From the IMG/VR virus record IMGVR_UViG_3300018080_000122, positions 32,001 to 96,000 of that record: DNA of 64,000 bases. The stretch is one strand, 5' to 3'. How positions within the stretch are numbered: the first letter of the stretch is position 1; the number at the start of each line of letters is the position of its first letter. The DNA is from a virus. The position numbers were made by a program, and so were the translations under genes. Shown here one piece after another: positions 45,740-56,229 of this stretch. The notes under the pieces are model-generated. The model was not told where the DNA came from. It saw only the letters and a list, made by a program, of their open reading frames with translations, and ran no database searches.

Positions 45740-47410
45740 CTACGTGGACACAAATGGCCTTCGTTCGTACCATGCTCCTAATTCTGCCCCGTCCACCAAA
45801 AACTGCCAAATTGCTGAGTACTCACTACCATCAGATGTAACCGTCCAAGTTTTGTCTGAATCTTTGAGTGAGCCGCCGCTCACATCACCAAGTGTGGCAT
45901 CAAAGAACTCGTCATCCCCAGTGCCATACTCCCCCGTCAAGCTCCCACCCTTTTGCACCAGGTATTTCACGTCCACGCTACCGCCAGAACCGAAAACGCG
46001 CAGGAAAAATTTCTGCCCTCCTGGGACCGCCGTTCTCGGCCCTGGCGTGGTTGCGAAATTCATCCCGTCTTCGTAGTACGCGTCTCCGTCGCCGTAAGCA
46101 GTCTCACACGGGTGAAATGTCCCGCCGCCCGCAGACGAACCCAAATCAGTCCATGACGTTGGGCCAGCGCATTCCAACTGCGCCAAATTGCCTGACCCGT
46201 AATAAGATTGGCAAATTATGTTTACCTTGGTGGCCCCAGTGGGCCCATTAGTATTTCGATCTCGGAACACCGTCATCATCTGGTAGGTCCGAGAACTATA
46301 CCCAGAAGGGAGCGTGAGCCAAGTCGGTGACCAGGTGGATTTGTTGAACGACGAAGCCTGGGTAAGTGCCCCCTGCGACCAGATGACGATGAGAGTGCCA
46401 TCGGGAGCCTCAAAAACACATGTCCCAATTACAGGGTCGCCACCGAGATAGGCATTGTATTTCAGGGAGAAGGTTCCGGCTTCGAGCCGCCAGAGCATGT
46501 GGTTGCCGCCACCTCCTCCTGACAGATAGAGATAGCCATCGCTGTCTACGCCCCAGTTGGACACCCGAACGTCGCTGGCGTTGATCCCAGTCAATAGGGT
46601 AACGGTCCCAGCCGCGAAATCCACCACCTTGAATTTGTCATCACCTGTAGCAGTTCCATAATCGGCAATATAAACCTGGTTCTTGTACATGATCGAAGCC
46701 ATGTTGATGGCCTGGAAAGTGGCGTCAGCCCCGGTCAGCGTGTGGTTACTCCAGGTATCAGTAGCGGGATTGTACTTGCAGAATTTGGCGGTGTTGTCTG
46801 TAGACGTTGCACGGAAAAGGTAGGCTATTTTCTCGATTCCGTCGCTGTCCACAAACCTGTAGAAGCCCTTGCCCAAAAGGTCGTGGGATGCTTCGGCACC
46901 GCCGGGGTTGGTCCACACGTGATCTGGGACTACAGCGTCTCCGAGATCGCTACCCGTCACGGCGGATGTCGAGCCGCTTTTGCTGCCACCATCATCAATA
47001 TTCTCAGGCGATTGAAAATCAGCTGATGAGGCGTCCAGCTCGACTACCAAGTAAGTCGAGCCATCGGTATCACGAACTGTGCCGCTCGCTCCCGATGTGG
47101 AACCATTAACATCGTCACCATTAACCCACGTATCGCTGGTCGTGATTGTTAATTTTTGAAGGCCATTGAAGGTCTTCCAGATGTAGGCGTTTGAAGAATC
47201 TGTTTCTTTGTTCACCGCGAATAATTGCATCTTATTCGTCACACCAGAGGCGTATCGCTCACAGGCAATCACGGCCCTTCTCGGGCTAGCATAACTAAGG
47301 TGCGTGCTGTCAGCGGCGTTGAACGAGTTACCAAAAGTGGACAACGTCCCATTTTGTAACTGTACGAAGTTGGCTCCACTCTTGTCTATACCAAGAAGCT
47401 TGACTGCCAT
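45740..47410 (-). CDS. putative virion beta-propeller-like protein
   Basis: KYNPATDTWS Kelch-like segment; G..V.G.TSGASG.V beta-barrel motif. Confidence 0.55.
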   Translation of the reverse strand: MAVKLLGIDKSGANFVQLQNGTLSTFGNSFNAADSTHLSYASPRRAVIACERYASGVTNKMQLFAVNKETDSSNAYIWKTFNGLQKLTITTSDTWVNGDDVNGSTSGASGTVRDTDGSTYLVVELDASSADFQSPENIDDGGSKSGSTSAVTGSDLGDAVVPDHVWTNPGGAEASHDLLGKGFYRFVDSDGIEKIAYLFRATSTDNTAKFCKYNPATDTWSNHTLTGADATFQAINMASIMYKNQVYIADYGTATGDDKFKVVDFAAGTVTLLTGINASDVRVSNWGVDSDGYLYLSGGGGGNHMLWRLEAGTFSLKYNAYLGGDPVIGTCVFEAPDGTLIVIWSQGALTQASSFNKSTWSPTWLTLPSGYSSRTYQMMTVFRDRNTNGPTGATKVNIICQSYYGSGNLAQLECAGPTSWTDLGSSAGGGTFHPCETAYGDGDAYYEDGMNFATTPGPRTAVPGGQKFFLRVFGSGGSVDVKYLVQKGGSLTGEYGTGDDEFFDATLGDVSGGSLKDSDKTWTVTSDGSEYSAIWQFLVDGAELGAWYERRPFVST

Positions 47411-48069
47411 TATGCAAATGCCCCCATTCTGCTATCAACAAGGGACTCGTTGGCGTCCAGGTCGGACACTACCACTTTAGCCGTCTCCAAAGTAGCTGTG
47501 CTCACACTACAAACTTTGTCTTCGCCGGTCTCCAACCCATCGACCACGTCCGCAGTCGCTGAGACGACAGATTCAGCGGTCACGGCTACTTCTCTCGCGT
47601 CAGGATTGGGGGCACTGATGCCATTGTCCACGGTCTCGGCCTGGAAATCTGAGGACCCAGAATGCAAAGACACCGTCATGGTGGACGTACCGTCGGTGCT
47701 GATCACAACCCCCGAAGCACCAGAAGTTTGGCCATTGACGGTCATGCCGTAATACCAGGGGTCTTCCGTAGAGAAATTGAGGACCTGCGTCTTGGCCACA
47801 ATCTGATCGTTGTCAGAAAACGTCCCGCTGGAATTCTCCACGATAAGGTAGGCACTCTCCACCCACATTATCTTAGCACTAGCCCCTCCAGAAGTCCCCA
47901 CAAAGCACTGCGCATTGAAAGTGCCGCTTGGATTGTCAAAAGGGATCTTGTCCAGGCGGATGTAATCCAGAATCTTTCCTGAGTAAGGGTTGGCCCCACT
48001 CACCAAAGAAACTGGATATTGTTTACCTTTTACAGTCATGCCGCTTATGTCTATATCAGCCCAGGCCAT
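47410..48069 (-). CDS. putative virion protein
   Basis: GGAGGAG RBS; two G.TSGAS/GGAS-type repeats shared with the neighbouring ORF. Confidence 0.55.
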   Translation of the reverse strand: MAWADIDISGMTVKGKQYPVSLVSGANPYSGKILDYIRLDKIPFDNPSGTFNAQCFVGTSGGASAKIMWVESAYLIVENSSGTFSDNDQIVAKTQVLNFSTEDPWYYGMTVNGQTSGASGVVISTDGTSTMTVSLHSGSSDFQAETVDNGISAPNPDAREVAVTAESVVSATADVVDGLETGEDKVCSVSTATLETAKVVVSDLDANESLVDSRMGAFA

Positions 48070-48106
48070 GACTCCTCCAAATAGAACTATACTCTAACCA
48101 AAAAAT

Positions 48107-49459
48107 CTAAGAATGTCTAACACGTAATGCGCCGCAGTTGGCGACTTCGGTATTGTCCAAATGGGCCTCTATTTTAACGATATACCTTTTTTCGCTCGTG
48201 GGCTGTGCTGAAAGGGCAGTTCCCAAAACTGTTATCACAGTGCGAGTACCCGACATTGCAAGCGGAGTGACGCCCGTGTCGTAAACAGAGCCGGTTCCCT
48301 CTGCATAAACGATCAGCCGGTAATCTCCAGTGCCCCACAAAGGAACTTTAATCCAAGAAATCGCGGTAGCATCTTCAGGCATCTGTCCTTGGAAGGAGTA
48401 GTCTATTTGGAGCCCTGCTCCCGAAGACGTGGCGAGGAATATTCTCTGAAAATCGCTGGTGGGGTCAGCGGGAGTGATTGAGGTGGTGACCCCAGAAGTA
48501 GACACAATCTCAAACACGGGCTCGATGTTATCTTCAACATTGGCCCCGACAGGTCCGGCACGCCTACGCTCATCCGTGATCATAGCCGTATTTATATTTG
48601 CTGTAGCGGTCCTGGCCAGGGTGGCGATGAGGTGGACCCAGTGCTCTTGCCCGTTGGAATCGGTGTAGTTTCCTCCATGGGTGCCGTTCTCAACCACTCT
48701 GATAACAGGGCGCATTCTCACCCGTCTAGCGCACTCAGTGTTTGTGGGCGGTGCGCCTATGGAGTGGTCCAGATCAGAATCGCCCCACGTTGGTTCAGAC
48801 ACGGACGAAGGCATCTCATCAAGAAATACATCCACATAGACCTTATCTGTTCTCGCTCCGCTAGGCGTGGATAAGTTGACCCTGTAATAATTCCCCACTG
48901 CCACAGAGCCAGTCATGGACGCAGAAACTGTGATGGTGGTTGCCGTGTTAGCGGTGATTGTGAAAGTAGTTGCGGGAGCAGAAATATCTGGGCACAACGT
49001 CCGGCCCACCAACGCATTCACTCCCCAGTTGGCTGAAGAGTCAGTGATGGTGTCGTCAGGGTTCGTCGTGGTCGAAATCGCATCCAACTGAGGATGGAGC
49101 AGATCAATGGTGCTGACATAGTTAATGTCGGAGAACAAGACGGCGTGCCAGCCTTCTACAAACAACCGGCCCGCCCCGTCTGCTGTGCCGTCCCCGCCGC
49201 TGATATTAAAGTTGTTGGCAGGGGAACCGGCCTGCTCGACTTTGAACCCGTCATTTGGAGAGCCGTCGCCAACGGCAGCGGACGTGATTCTCCTAATCAT
49301 GTTCATGTGGGCCAGGGACACGTCGTTCATGTCTGCGTCGGTGATGGGCACGCCATACTGGTTGGCCATCGATACAAACATCTTCTCTTCGTCGTAGCGA
49401 GAGATAGGCGCCATCTGGCCAGTAATCTCAAGGTAATTGCCACCGAAACCTGCGCTCAT
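48107..49459 (-). CDS. Tail fibre attachment protein (DUF6519-like N-terminus)
   Basis: YDEEKMF..Q.GVPITDADMND, GRLFVEG and RTDKVYVDVF; paralog of the 49472-52192 N-terminus. Confidence 0.6.
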   Translation of the reverse strand: MSAGFGGNYLEITGQMAPISRYDEEKMFVSMANQYGVPITDADMNDVSLAHMNMIRRITSAAVGDGSPNDGFKVEQAGSPANNFNISGGDGTADGAGRLFVEGWHAVLFSDINYVSTIDLLHPQLDAISTTTNPDDTITDSSANWGVNALVGRTLCPDISAPATTFTITANTATTITVSASMTGSVAVGNYYRVNLSTPSGARTDKVYVDVFLDEMPSSVSEPTWGDSDLDHSIGAPPTNTECARRVRMRPVIRVVENGTHGGNYTDSNGQEHWVHLIATLARTATANINTAMITDERRRAGPVGANVEDNIEPVFEIVSTSGVTTSITPADPTSDFQRIFLATSSGAGLQIDYSFQGQMPEDATAISWIKVPLWGTGDYRLIVYAEGTGSVYDTGVTPLAMSGTRTVITVLGTALSAQPTSEKRYIVKIEAHLDNTEVANCGALRVRHS

Positions 49460-49471
49460 GCTTTGGCTCCT

Positions 49472-52192
49472 TTATTGGCCGATGACCAGAACGTACAGAT
49501 CAAATGAGCTGGTTGGGTAGGGGTCAGATCCACTAATCGATCCATCCACTGTGAGGCTCGTGGAAGTGGCCCCGCCCACTATTGTGTAGTCCACATAGTT
49601 ACCTGCATGGGCATAAGAAGCGAACGCTATCTTACCAGAGCGTAAACCGCCACGGAATACTCCGTCTGCGGCGGGCTGATAGTGATTTCCACTAATGGCG
49701 ACAGCGCTAGATGGAATTGTGCCCACGCCCGCGCCTACAGAAACCAACCACCCCGTGCCTCCAGATATCCCAAGAAAACCCAAGACCACGTAGTTGTTGT
49801 TTGTGAACCCTGCAGACGTGAGATCGAACACAAACGTACCGGTCTTGATGCCCGTCCTGGAATCAAAATAGTACTTCAAACGATCAGCAGAGTGTTGTGT
49901 GTGTGACGGACTGAAGCCAGTGTGCCCAGCACTGGCGTAATCCAACTGAGACAACCCAGAGTGGTTAGTGATAGGAGTGCCGGAAGAAGCCCTATAATTT
50001 CTAATCATGGGGCGCGCGTCTACAATGTGGTCTTTCGTTATGGCAGGGATACCGCCACCATTGTATTGAGGCACAACGATTGCCAGCACTGACCTATCAT
50101 CGCTAGGTGCAGGTACGGAGCTGTCCATAGTAGTCTGATCTGGTATAGTGGGACCCGCCACCACTTCAGACCCCTCGCTATAAATAATTGTGCCAGTGTC
50201 TGTGACTTCTACTAGGTCGTAGCGCTCATTGCCTGACGTCAATACGGCTGAGATACCTGTAACGGCTACACCACTAGCAAGCCTCACTATAAACCCAGAG
50301 TTGTCGTGTTTGCTGAGGATGCCCATCAAAACTCTGAGTTGGTTCGTGGGAGTGGTTGCAGGCAAAACCTTGAAATTTGTCTCTGCAGAATAGCCCGCCA
50401 CAGTTAGCCCATTGACTGGGCTAACCAAAGCCTCTGAAGCCACGGGCTCAGTAACATCATAGTATTTCTTGTCGAACTGGACTTTCGTAGGAGCAGCTAC
50501 TGAGACTACGCCATCACTGTCCTCTACAGTAGCATTCACCTGTGCTGCCGTAGCAATGCCATCCAATTTGGTGGCTTGTGCCTGAGTCATGTAGCCGTCT
50601 ACGGAAGTGGTGGCAGCAGGAAGCGACGTGGAAACGGACCCAGTGACTGGGCCAGCACCACCATTAACTAGCAACGGAGCTACTGCAGACAGGGCTGTGA
50701 CAGCCGCAGTAGGAAGAACTGAACCATCGGCGGCTAAAGACTGGCTCAACCTGTCGCCCAGTGCTCCCCTAGATCCTCTGGCCTCAATCACTTCTTCTTT
50801 AATATCAACAAAAGAAGAAACATCCCTGCGTATGTCGGTGATCATTGCTTGCGTGATGGCTGACGTTGCCGTCCTGGCGATTGTGGCAATGGGCACGCGG
50901 GCATGGGGAGTTCCGTCGACATCGGTGAATCTATCTTCTGGGGTCTCTGTGTAGCCTTCAATGACCCGCACAATCTGGCGGACTTTCCAACGTCTGGAGG
51001 ACTCGCCTGGCGAAGCAAAGGCGTGAATCAGATCTGGATCGTCTGCCCCGCCAACTTCTTCAAAATACATGTCTACATAGACATAATCGTTCCGAGGGGC
51101 GCCAGGAGTGGTCAGGTTGACTCTGTAGTGGTTCCTAGCGACGGCCACCCCAGTCATGGACACACCCACCGTGATGGTGGTGGCCGTGTTGGCCGTGATG
51201 GTGTAAGTGGTGCCAGGCTGAGTGATGTCGGGCACCAATTCACGCCCAATAAGGGAATTGATCTCATAGTCAGCTGAAGAGTCCAAAATGGTGTCGTCAG
51301 TCAGCGTAGTCGTTTGGACGGCTGTAATGATAGGGTGAATGTCGTTAGTGATGGTATTGTTGTTGATATAATCGACATCCGTCACTAACATCCCAGGGAA
51401 CCCATCTCCAAGGAGACGTCCAGCGTTCTCATCACTTTCCGCTTCACCGCCAGATAAGTTGGTGAACGCTGCAGCCCCTGCCGCTTGCGCGCCCGTCCCG
51501 TACTCCGTTGCGGTAACATGATTCGACGCTACTGCGTGGCCATTGACTGCACCCACGATTGCCAAAGCCGTTGTGGTACCAAGGTCAATAGATACGTCTA
51601 TATCAATCTGCTCAATGGAATCCAACTGCGCTTGGATGCCTGAAAGGCCGCCTGTAATCGTTTGGCCCAAAGTCATAGAAACCGTTTCACGAATAGTGAT
51701 CAGGTTCAGTGGGTAGTTCACTGACTGGACGGTGCCCGTTCCACCCAAACCGTCTGTGACGGTCTCGCCAATGGTGAACACGCCAGTCACCGACGACATA
51801 TTGTAGATAACGTCAATATCCACGTTCAACGAACCAGTATCGTTGTGACGAACTCTTATGCTGTTGCCAGCAGTCCCCCTGGAATTTGCTGTGTAGATGA
51901 CGCGCCCATCGATTGCCGAGCCGTCGATCTGCAGTGTAGCGAACACCCCTCCACCCATAAGAGTGAAGTTATTTACGTTGGAAGTGGTGGACTCCATAAC
52001 TTTGAAGCCGTTGTTTGGAGAACCGTTTCCCAACGTGAACTGCGCATACCGTCGCAGGAATATCGCTACCGCTTTGCTGATATCGTTGCGATCAGCATCC
52101 ACGATAGCCTTGTCCATTTGGGCAATTTCGACCAGATAGCGCTTGGCTTCCTCGAAAATGCTCTTGCTAACGTCAGCCGTTTGCCTAGCCAT
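49472..52192 (-). CDS. Large tail fibre/baseplate attachment protein (DUF6519-like N-terminus)
   Basis: FEEAKRY..Q.DKAIVDADRND, RNDYVYVD, DPDL, EVIEARG, DGYMT..KLDGI and HSGLSQL fibre motifs. Confidence 0.65.
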   Translation of the reverse strand: MARQTADVSKSIFEEAKRYLVEIAQMDKAIVDADRNDISKAVAIFLRRYAQFTLGNGSPNNGFKVMESTTSNVNNFTLMGGGVFATLQIDGSAIDGRVIYTANSRGTAGNSIRVRHNDTGSLNVDIDVIYNMSSVTGVFTIGETVTDGLGGTGTVQSVNYPLNLITIRETVSMTLGQTITGGLSGIQAQLDSIEQIDIDVSIDLGTTTALAIVGAVNGHAVASNHVTATEYGTGAQAAGAAAFTNLSGGEAESDENAGRLLGDGFPGMLVTDVDYINNNTITNDIHPIITAVQTTTLTDDTILDSSADYEINSLIGRELVPDITQPGTTYTITANTATTITVGVSMTGVAVARNHYRVNLTTPGAPRNDYVYVDMYFEEVGGADDPDLIHAFASPGESSRRWKVRQIVRVIEGYTETPEDRFTDVDGTPHARVPIATIARTATSAITQAMITDIRRDVSSFVDIKEEVIEARGSRGALGDRLSQSLAADGSVLPTAAVTALSAVAPLLVNGGAGPVTGSVSTSLPAATTSVDGYMTQAQATKLDGIATAAQVNATVEDSDGVVSVAAPTKVQFDKKYYDVTEPVASEALVSPVNGLTVAGYSAETNFKVLPATTPTNQLRVLMGILSKHDNSGFIVRLASGVAVTGISAVLTSGNERYDLVEVTDTGTIIYSEGSEVVAGPTIPDQTTMDSSVPAPSDDRSVLAIVVPQYNGGGIPAITKDHIVDARPMIRNYRASSGTPITNHSGLSQLDYASAGHTGFSPSHTQHSADRLKYYFDSRTGIKTGTFVFDLTSAGFTNNNYVVLGFLGISGGTGWLVSVGAGVGTIPSSAVAISGNHYQPAADGVFRGGLRSGKIAFASYAHAGNYVDYTIVGGATSTSLTVDGSISGSDPYPTSSFDLYVLVIGQ

Positions 52193-52203
52193 TAAGCGCC
52201 CTC

Positions 52204-52791
52204 CTACGGAACAATGCTGATTTCATGGACGAAATACAATTGGATCTCTATGGAGTCGTCTTTGAATATTTTGGCGTGGTTGAAGAAGTTGAACGCGATG
52301 CCGGTGTCAGCCGTAGACGTGGCGTCTCCACCGAACAGTGCCTGCTCGCGCAGCCATACCCCCGGAGACGGAGGACCGTCGGCAAATGTGTAAGTCATAC
52401 GAGTCTCGATAATGGCTGTTCGGCCCACTGCAGGAAGGTAGTCTGGAGGGGGCGTGGGATTCACTTCCATGTAAGCCACGTAGTCGGGCGCCTTTCGAAA
52501 ATACTCTGCCACCAGAATGGTCTGGGACATAGAAGGTGTTGGCGTGCCGCTAGTATCCCAAGACGCCAAGCCTTCCCCAACAGCGTACTGAAGGATGCCC
52601 CAATCTGTGAAAGTGGTGTCCTTCTTCAGCAGCCCAGCGAAGAGCACGGCGGCAGTATCCACAACCCTGTTGTCTTCCCACTTCCGTTCCGTCACTTTGA
52701 TGGTGCCGTCAGGCATCTTCTTCTTGATGACTGCACGGTTACGCCCTTTGATGCTGATACGCATGCTTTCTTGGGATTCAGGCTTCCCCAT
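52204..52791 (-). CDS. Tail collar/fibre attachment-like protein
   Basis: N.VVD, YAVGEG..P..SQT.L..EYFRK and LREQALF pattern. Confidence 0.6.
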   Translation of the reverse strand: MGKPESQESMRISIKGRNRAVIKKKMPDGTIKVTERKWEDNRVVDTAAVLFAGLLKKDTTFTDWGILQYAVGEGLASWDTSGTPTPSMSQTILVAEYFRKAPDYVAYMEVNPTPPPDYLPAVGRTAIIETRMTYTFADGPPSPGVWLREQALFGGDATSTADTGIAFNFFNHAKIFKDDSIEIQLYFVHEISIVP

Positions 52792-54086
52792 TATGGCCTC
52801 CGTCTGGGTGTTATCCAGTCAGGGTCACTGACCAGTCTATCGGCAGTCACTCCAGATGCTGCGGTCATTATGAATTTAGTTTCATATGTCCAGTTCCACG
52901 ATTCTACAAAAGACACGCTGGGTGTCTCAACAGTTAGCATGGAAAGGTTTATGTAGGCAGTCTCCGTGACCGAGATCTGCGCCGACTCCACGATGGGGGT
53001 GGGCACAAATATTGGAATTGCAGCGTGCGACGCCTGTAAGTTTTTCGGTATAACTCTTTCCAAAGCTTTTCGTATTTGAGTTGGCGACAGAGTGTTCGCA
53101 CTGGCGGAAGGGGAGATAAAGAAGACTCTGACCTTGTCGAAGTTTCGATCGTAGCGTCCAGATCCTGGGTAGTACGTGGTTGGGTCATCTGGGGTTCCCA
53201 TCAAATAGTAATTGGCAGTGTCCCAGTATTTACGGTCTTCCCGGTTATACACTCCCATGTTATCGCCGCACTCATCGAACTCTATAGTCCATGGAATCAG
53301 AACCTGAAGAGCTGAATGAATGCCGTTCCTGGTCCCTTTAATCCAATAGAGAGGGACCGCGCGTTTTATTTCTTCACGTCGCCGTTCTGGCGACGCTTCC
53401 AAATCCACCGTGACGCCGACTCGGCTACCAATGAGGGAAAGCATGTCCAACGGCGCCTTGTCCACGTCGTATAAGGTCACTAGATGACGTGACAGCGCGT
53501 ATATCCGGTCAAACTCCAACGAAATCAACCGCATCAGCCTATATAAGAACCCCTTGGATGGGGGGACCTCGTGGCTTCCAAAATGGAGTTTCTGCCCATG
53601 GAGAAGCGGATTGCTGATTTCATCGTTGACAGAAGCCCTATCTGGAACCGTGGTTTCGCTGAGGGCTTTTTGTTCAGTCTGGTCGTCGCCCTCTCTGAGA
53701 ATTCCCGGCAAGAACTCCCATATCAAATCCGCCAAAACTCCAGTGGTGTAGGCTAACGCGTAACCAGAAGTCAAATCACTGGTGTACCATGTAGACTCAC
53801 TGGTGACATAAGCAAACATGGAGTAGTAATAGACCACGCCGTCCGACACAGACGTGTCAGCATACTCCACGACTGAAAATGGGGTGGGTAAACCGGCGTT
53901 GGTCTCAGAGTGGACTACTGTACCGTCGGAGACATCTTCTGGGTAACTTCTGGTCTTCTTAACAAGACGTAGCTCCCCGACGTCAGTGGGCACGAACCCG
54001 TCGAAGGACCAGTTAATAATTACCTGTGGTCCCTGCACAGCGGGTTCTACCGTGAAATCTCGGACTGCCCAGTCTGCGAGGGCCAT
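52791..54086 (-). CDS. Baseplate wedge protein (P2 gpI-like) with N-terminal Fn3-like domain
   Basis: LPGILR..D, DVDKAPLDMLSLIG and RRREEIKRAVPLYWIKGT. Confidence 0.8.
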   Translation of the reverse strand: MALADWAVRDFTVEPAVQGPQVIINWSFDGFVPTDVGELRLVKKTRSYPEDVSDGTVVHSETNAGLPTPFSVVEYADTSVSDGVVYYYSMFAYVTSESTWYTSDLTSGYALAYTTGVLADLIWEFLPGILREGDDQTEQKALSETTVPDRASVNDEISNPLLHGQKLHFGSHEVPPSKGFLYRLMRLISLEFDRIYALSRHLVTLYDVDKAPLDMLSLIGSRVGVTVDLEASPERRREEIKRAVPLYWIKGTRNGIHSALQVLIPWTIEFDECGDNMGVYNREDRKYWDTANYYLMGTPDDPTTYYPGSGRYDRNFDKVRVFFISPSASANTLSPTQIRKALERVIPKNLQASHAAIPIFVPTPIVESAQISVTETAYINLSMLTVETPSVSFVESWNWTYETKFIMTAASGVTADRLVSDPDWITPRRRP

Positions 54087-55834
54087 TAGATGCCTCCCTC
54101 GAAAGTAATATTGTTTATCGTAGACAACTCAGGGAATTCCCCATCGTCCAGAGCAACGGACCCCACCAGATTCGATACGCGGATAGTCGCAGTATCTCCT
54201 GCTCTCTGAGGGTTTACTCCTGCAGTGATGGTGAACCTGATCTCACTGTTGTCCGACGTGTACTCCGTGCCGATCACACCGGTCGCCGTTTGGAGCCCGG
54301 CCACAGATCCCAGGACATTGAAAGTGGTAGGCGTCACAAAAGTAACGGTCCACACCTCTGCAATGGTAGAGGTGGTGATCGATATCGTTCCAAAAGTGGC
54401 GTTACCAGTCCAAATTTTCAAAGTGGCTTGTGGTTCCCTGGTGAACTTGGTCAAGTTGATATACTGAACACCTTCTTGGTTGTCCACGAGAGCGTAGAAG
54501 TCACTTATCTGAACTGTTCGGCCGAATGCCACGTCAGTTCCCGTTGCACTGAAGAATCGAACTATAGCCAACTGCGTGTTCTCTTGGACGGTCTCCAAAG
54601 AATATGCTGGATCGACTTGAACCGTCCCCTCCACTTCAATAGAAACATAGGTCGGCGCCGACATTTGAATGATTGTTCCGAGACACTTCTTGGTTTCCAG
54701 GTGATCCTTCAGATTGTTCAGCAGCGCAGTTGATGGGGTGCCTCCACCTTCAGGAACAATGGTCACCTCAACCTCGGCGCACACTTCAGAATCAGCTGCG
54801 CCTGCTCTTGCAACGCCAGGATAACGCTCTGAGAAATAAATATAATCGTCAGCCGTGACTGCTCTCTTCATGGCCGACAAGCTGGCGGGGCCAAGTTTCT
54901 TGGCCTCTTCAATGGTCTCGCGCAACTCGCCGCCAGAAGCAGGCTCTGTGTTGTAGGTCGTGGGAACTAACAAAGAGCCCCCATAGCTGATGGAATCAAG
55001 TAGCACTGTGAGGGTGTTGGAACCGATGTTCCCAGTGACGTTACCCCGATGCGTGGTCAGCTCACGATAAGTGATTCTGATTGTGGCCCCAGACGCGGGG
55101 ATCTTGCCATTAATGTTGTCACCGAACGTGAACGTCACGTAGTCATCGTCATCACGAAAGACTGTGTACCTCTGATCCGTATCGCCGTATCCAACAAAAG
55201 AATTGTCTTCGGCAGCGGCCCAAAGAACTTCGCCCCCACCCTCATTGATGTAAACGCTGTAGGTGTCGTCCACCGTCAAGACCGAAGTCAACGTACGCTT
55301 CTGAAACTCTGTGTTATCTGAAGGTGCTAGCGTTTCGCTCTTGGTTTCCCCCTCTGCCACGTCGACACTGTAAAGCGCCAGACCACTAGAGTCCAACTCA
55401 TCCCCAAGAGACCCGGCGGGAATGGTGAGATCGTCTGTGGTCTCGAAAGTCACCGCGTTGGACCCTGAAGTCTTCACCCTGGTGCCAGATGGAATTGTTA
55501 TGTTCGTGGGCAGCGCAGACGGGAGAATGAACTGCTGAGTCGACACGGCTGAAGAGGGGCCACGAGGATTGTAGTTAATGAGTGTCCCCTGGGCGATAAT
55601 AGATGCCTTGGAAATGGCCGTTTCCCAACCACCATCGCGGGCTATCTGCTCAAAAATGAAATTGTCCTTCTCACTAAGGGCGGACACCAATTCAACCAAG
55701 GCAATCCCAGGGTCAGACGCGTTGTAGTTGGTCCACTCCGGCGTAAAGAACGGAATCAAATTTATAAGCATGTCCCGAATGGCAAGGTAGTCCCGAGCCG
55801 TGGTGTCTATTACTGGGAATTTGAACTGGCTCAT
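54086..55834 (-). CDS. Baseplate wedge protein (gpJ / T4 gp6 / Afp11-like)
   Basis: TARDY, PEWTNYNASDPGIALVE, FGDNINGKIP, ASGG..E and RAVTADDY. Confidence 0.88.
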   Translation of the reverse strand: MSQFKFPVIDTTARDYLAIRDMLINLIPFFTPEWTNYNASDPGIALVELVSALSEKDNFIFEQIARDGGWETAISKASIIAQGTLINYNPRGPSSAVSTQQFILPSALPTNITIPSGTRVKTSGSNAVTFETTDDLTIPAGSLGDELDSSGLALYSVDVAEGETKSETLAPSDNTEFQKRTLTSVLTVDDTYSVYINEGGGEVLWAAAEDNSFVGYGDTDQRYTVFRDDDDYVTFTFGDNINGKIPASGATIRITYRELTTHRGNVTGNIGSNTLTVLLDSISYGGSLLVPTTYNTEPASGGELRETIEEAKKLGPASLSAMKRAVTADDYIYFSERYPGVARAGAADSEVCAEVEVTIVPEGGGTPSTALLNNLKDHLETKKCLGTIIQMSAPTYVSIEVEGTVQVDPAYSLETVQENTQLAIVRFFSATGTDVAFGRTVQISDFYALVDNQEGVQYINLTKFTREPQATLKIWTGNATFGTISITTSTIAEVWTVTFVTPTTFNVLGSVAGLQTATGVIGTEYTSDNSEIRFTITAGVNPQRAGDTATIRVSNLVGSVALDDGEFPELSTINNITFEGGI

Positions 55835-56229
55835 GACTGCTCCTCAATGTAGTAGGGATACACCAAGTTGCCTTGAGTATTCGTGATTATCAAGCGATAG
55901 CGCACTGTGATGTCAATCTGAGGACCTGAACGGGCCCCACTTACAGACACAGACTGAACTCTAGGCTCAAATCTAATAATAGCGCGCTCTATATCTGCGA
56001 CCAAGCTGTTGACGGTGTCGTCATTGGCGGGGTCGAACACAGTGTCCTTGGCTGTGGACCCAAATCTCCGATTCATAATCCTGCTACCAATAGACGTCCC
56101 TATAATAACGCGGATCGAATTCCTTACTGAATCTTCGCCAGACGCAGTTTTTATGCCCTGGGTCCGACTGTCAACCTGAATGGGGTAAGCCCAACCAGTG
56201 CCCAGATAAGCTTCAGGATCTACAGCCAT
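55831..56229 (-). CDS. Baseplate protein gp25/GPW-like
   Basis: YLGTGWAYP, IIGT..GSRIM..FGS, RFEPRV and NLVYPYY. Confidence 0.88.
   Translation of the reverse strand: MAVDPEAYLGTGWAYPIQVDSRTQGIKTASGEDSVRNSIRVIIGTSIGSRIMNRRFGSTAKDTVFDPANDDTVNSLVADIERAIIRFEPRVQSVSVSGARSGPQIDITVRYRLIITNTQGNLVYPYYIEEQS

Noticed and set aside
29476-52192. Diversity-generating retroelement or invertible tail-fibre cassette
   Set aside because: Paralogs are diverged at all base types and lie on one strand; no RT or invertase is in the window.
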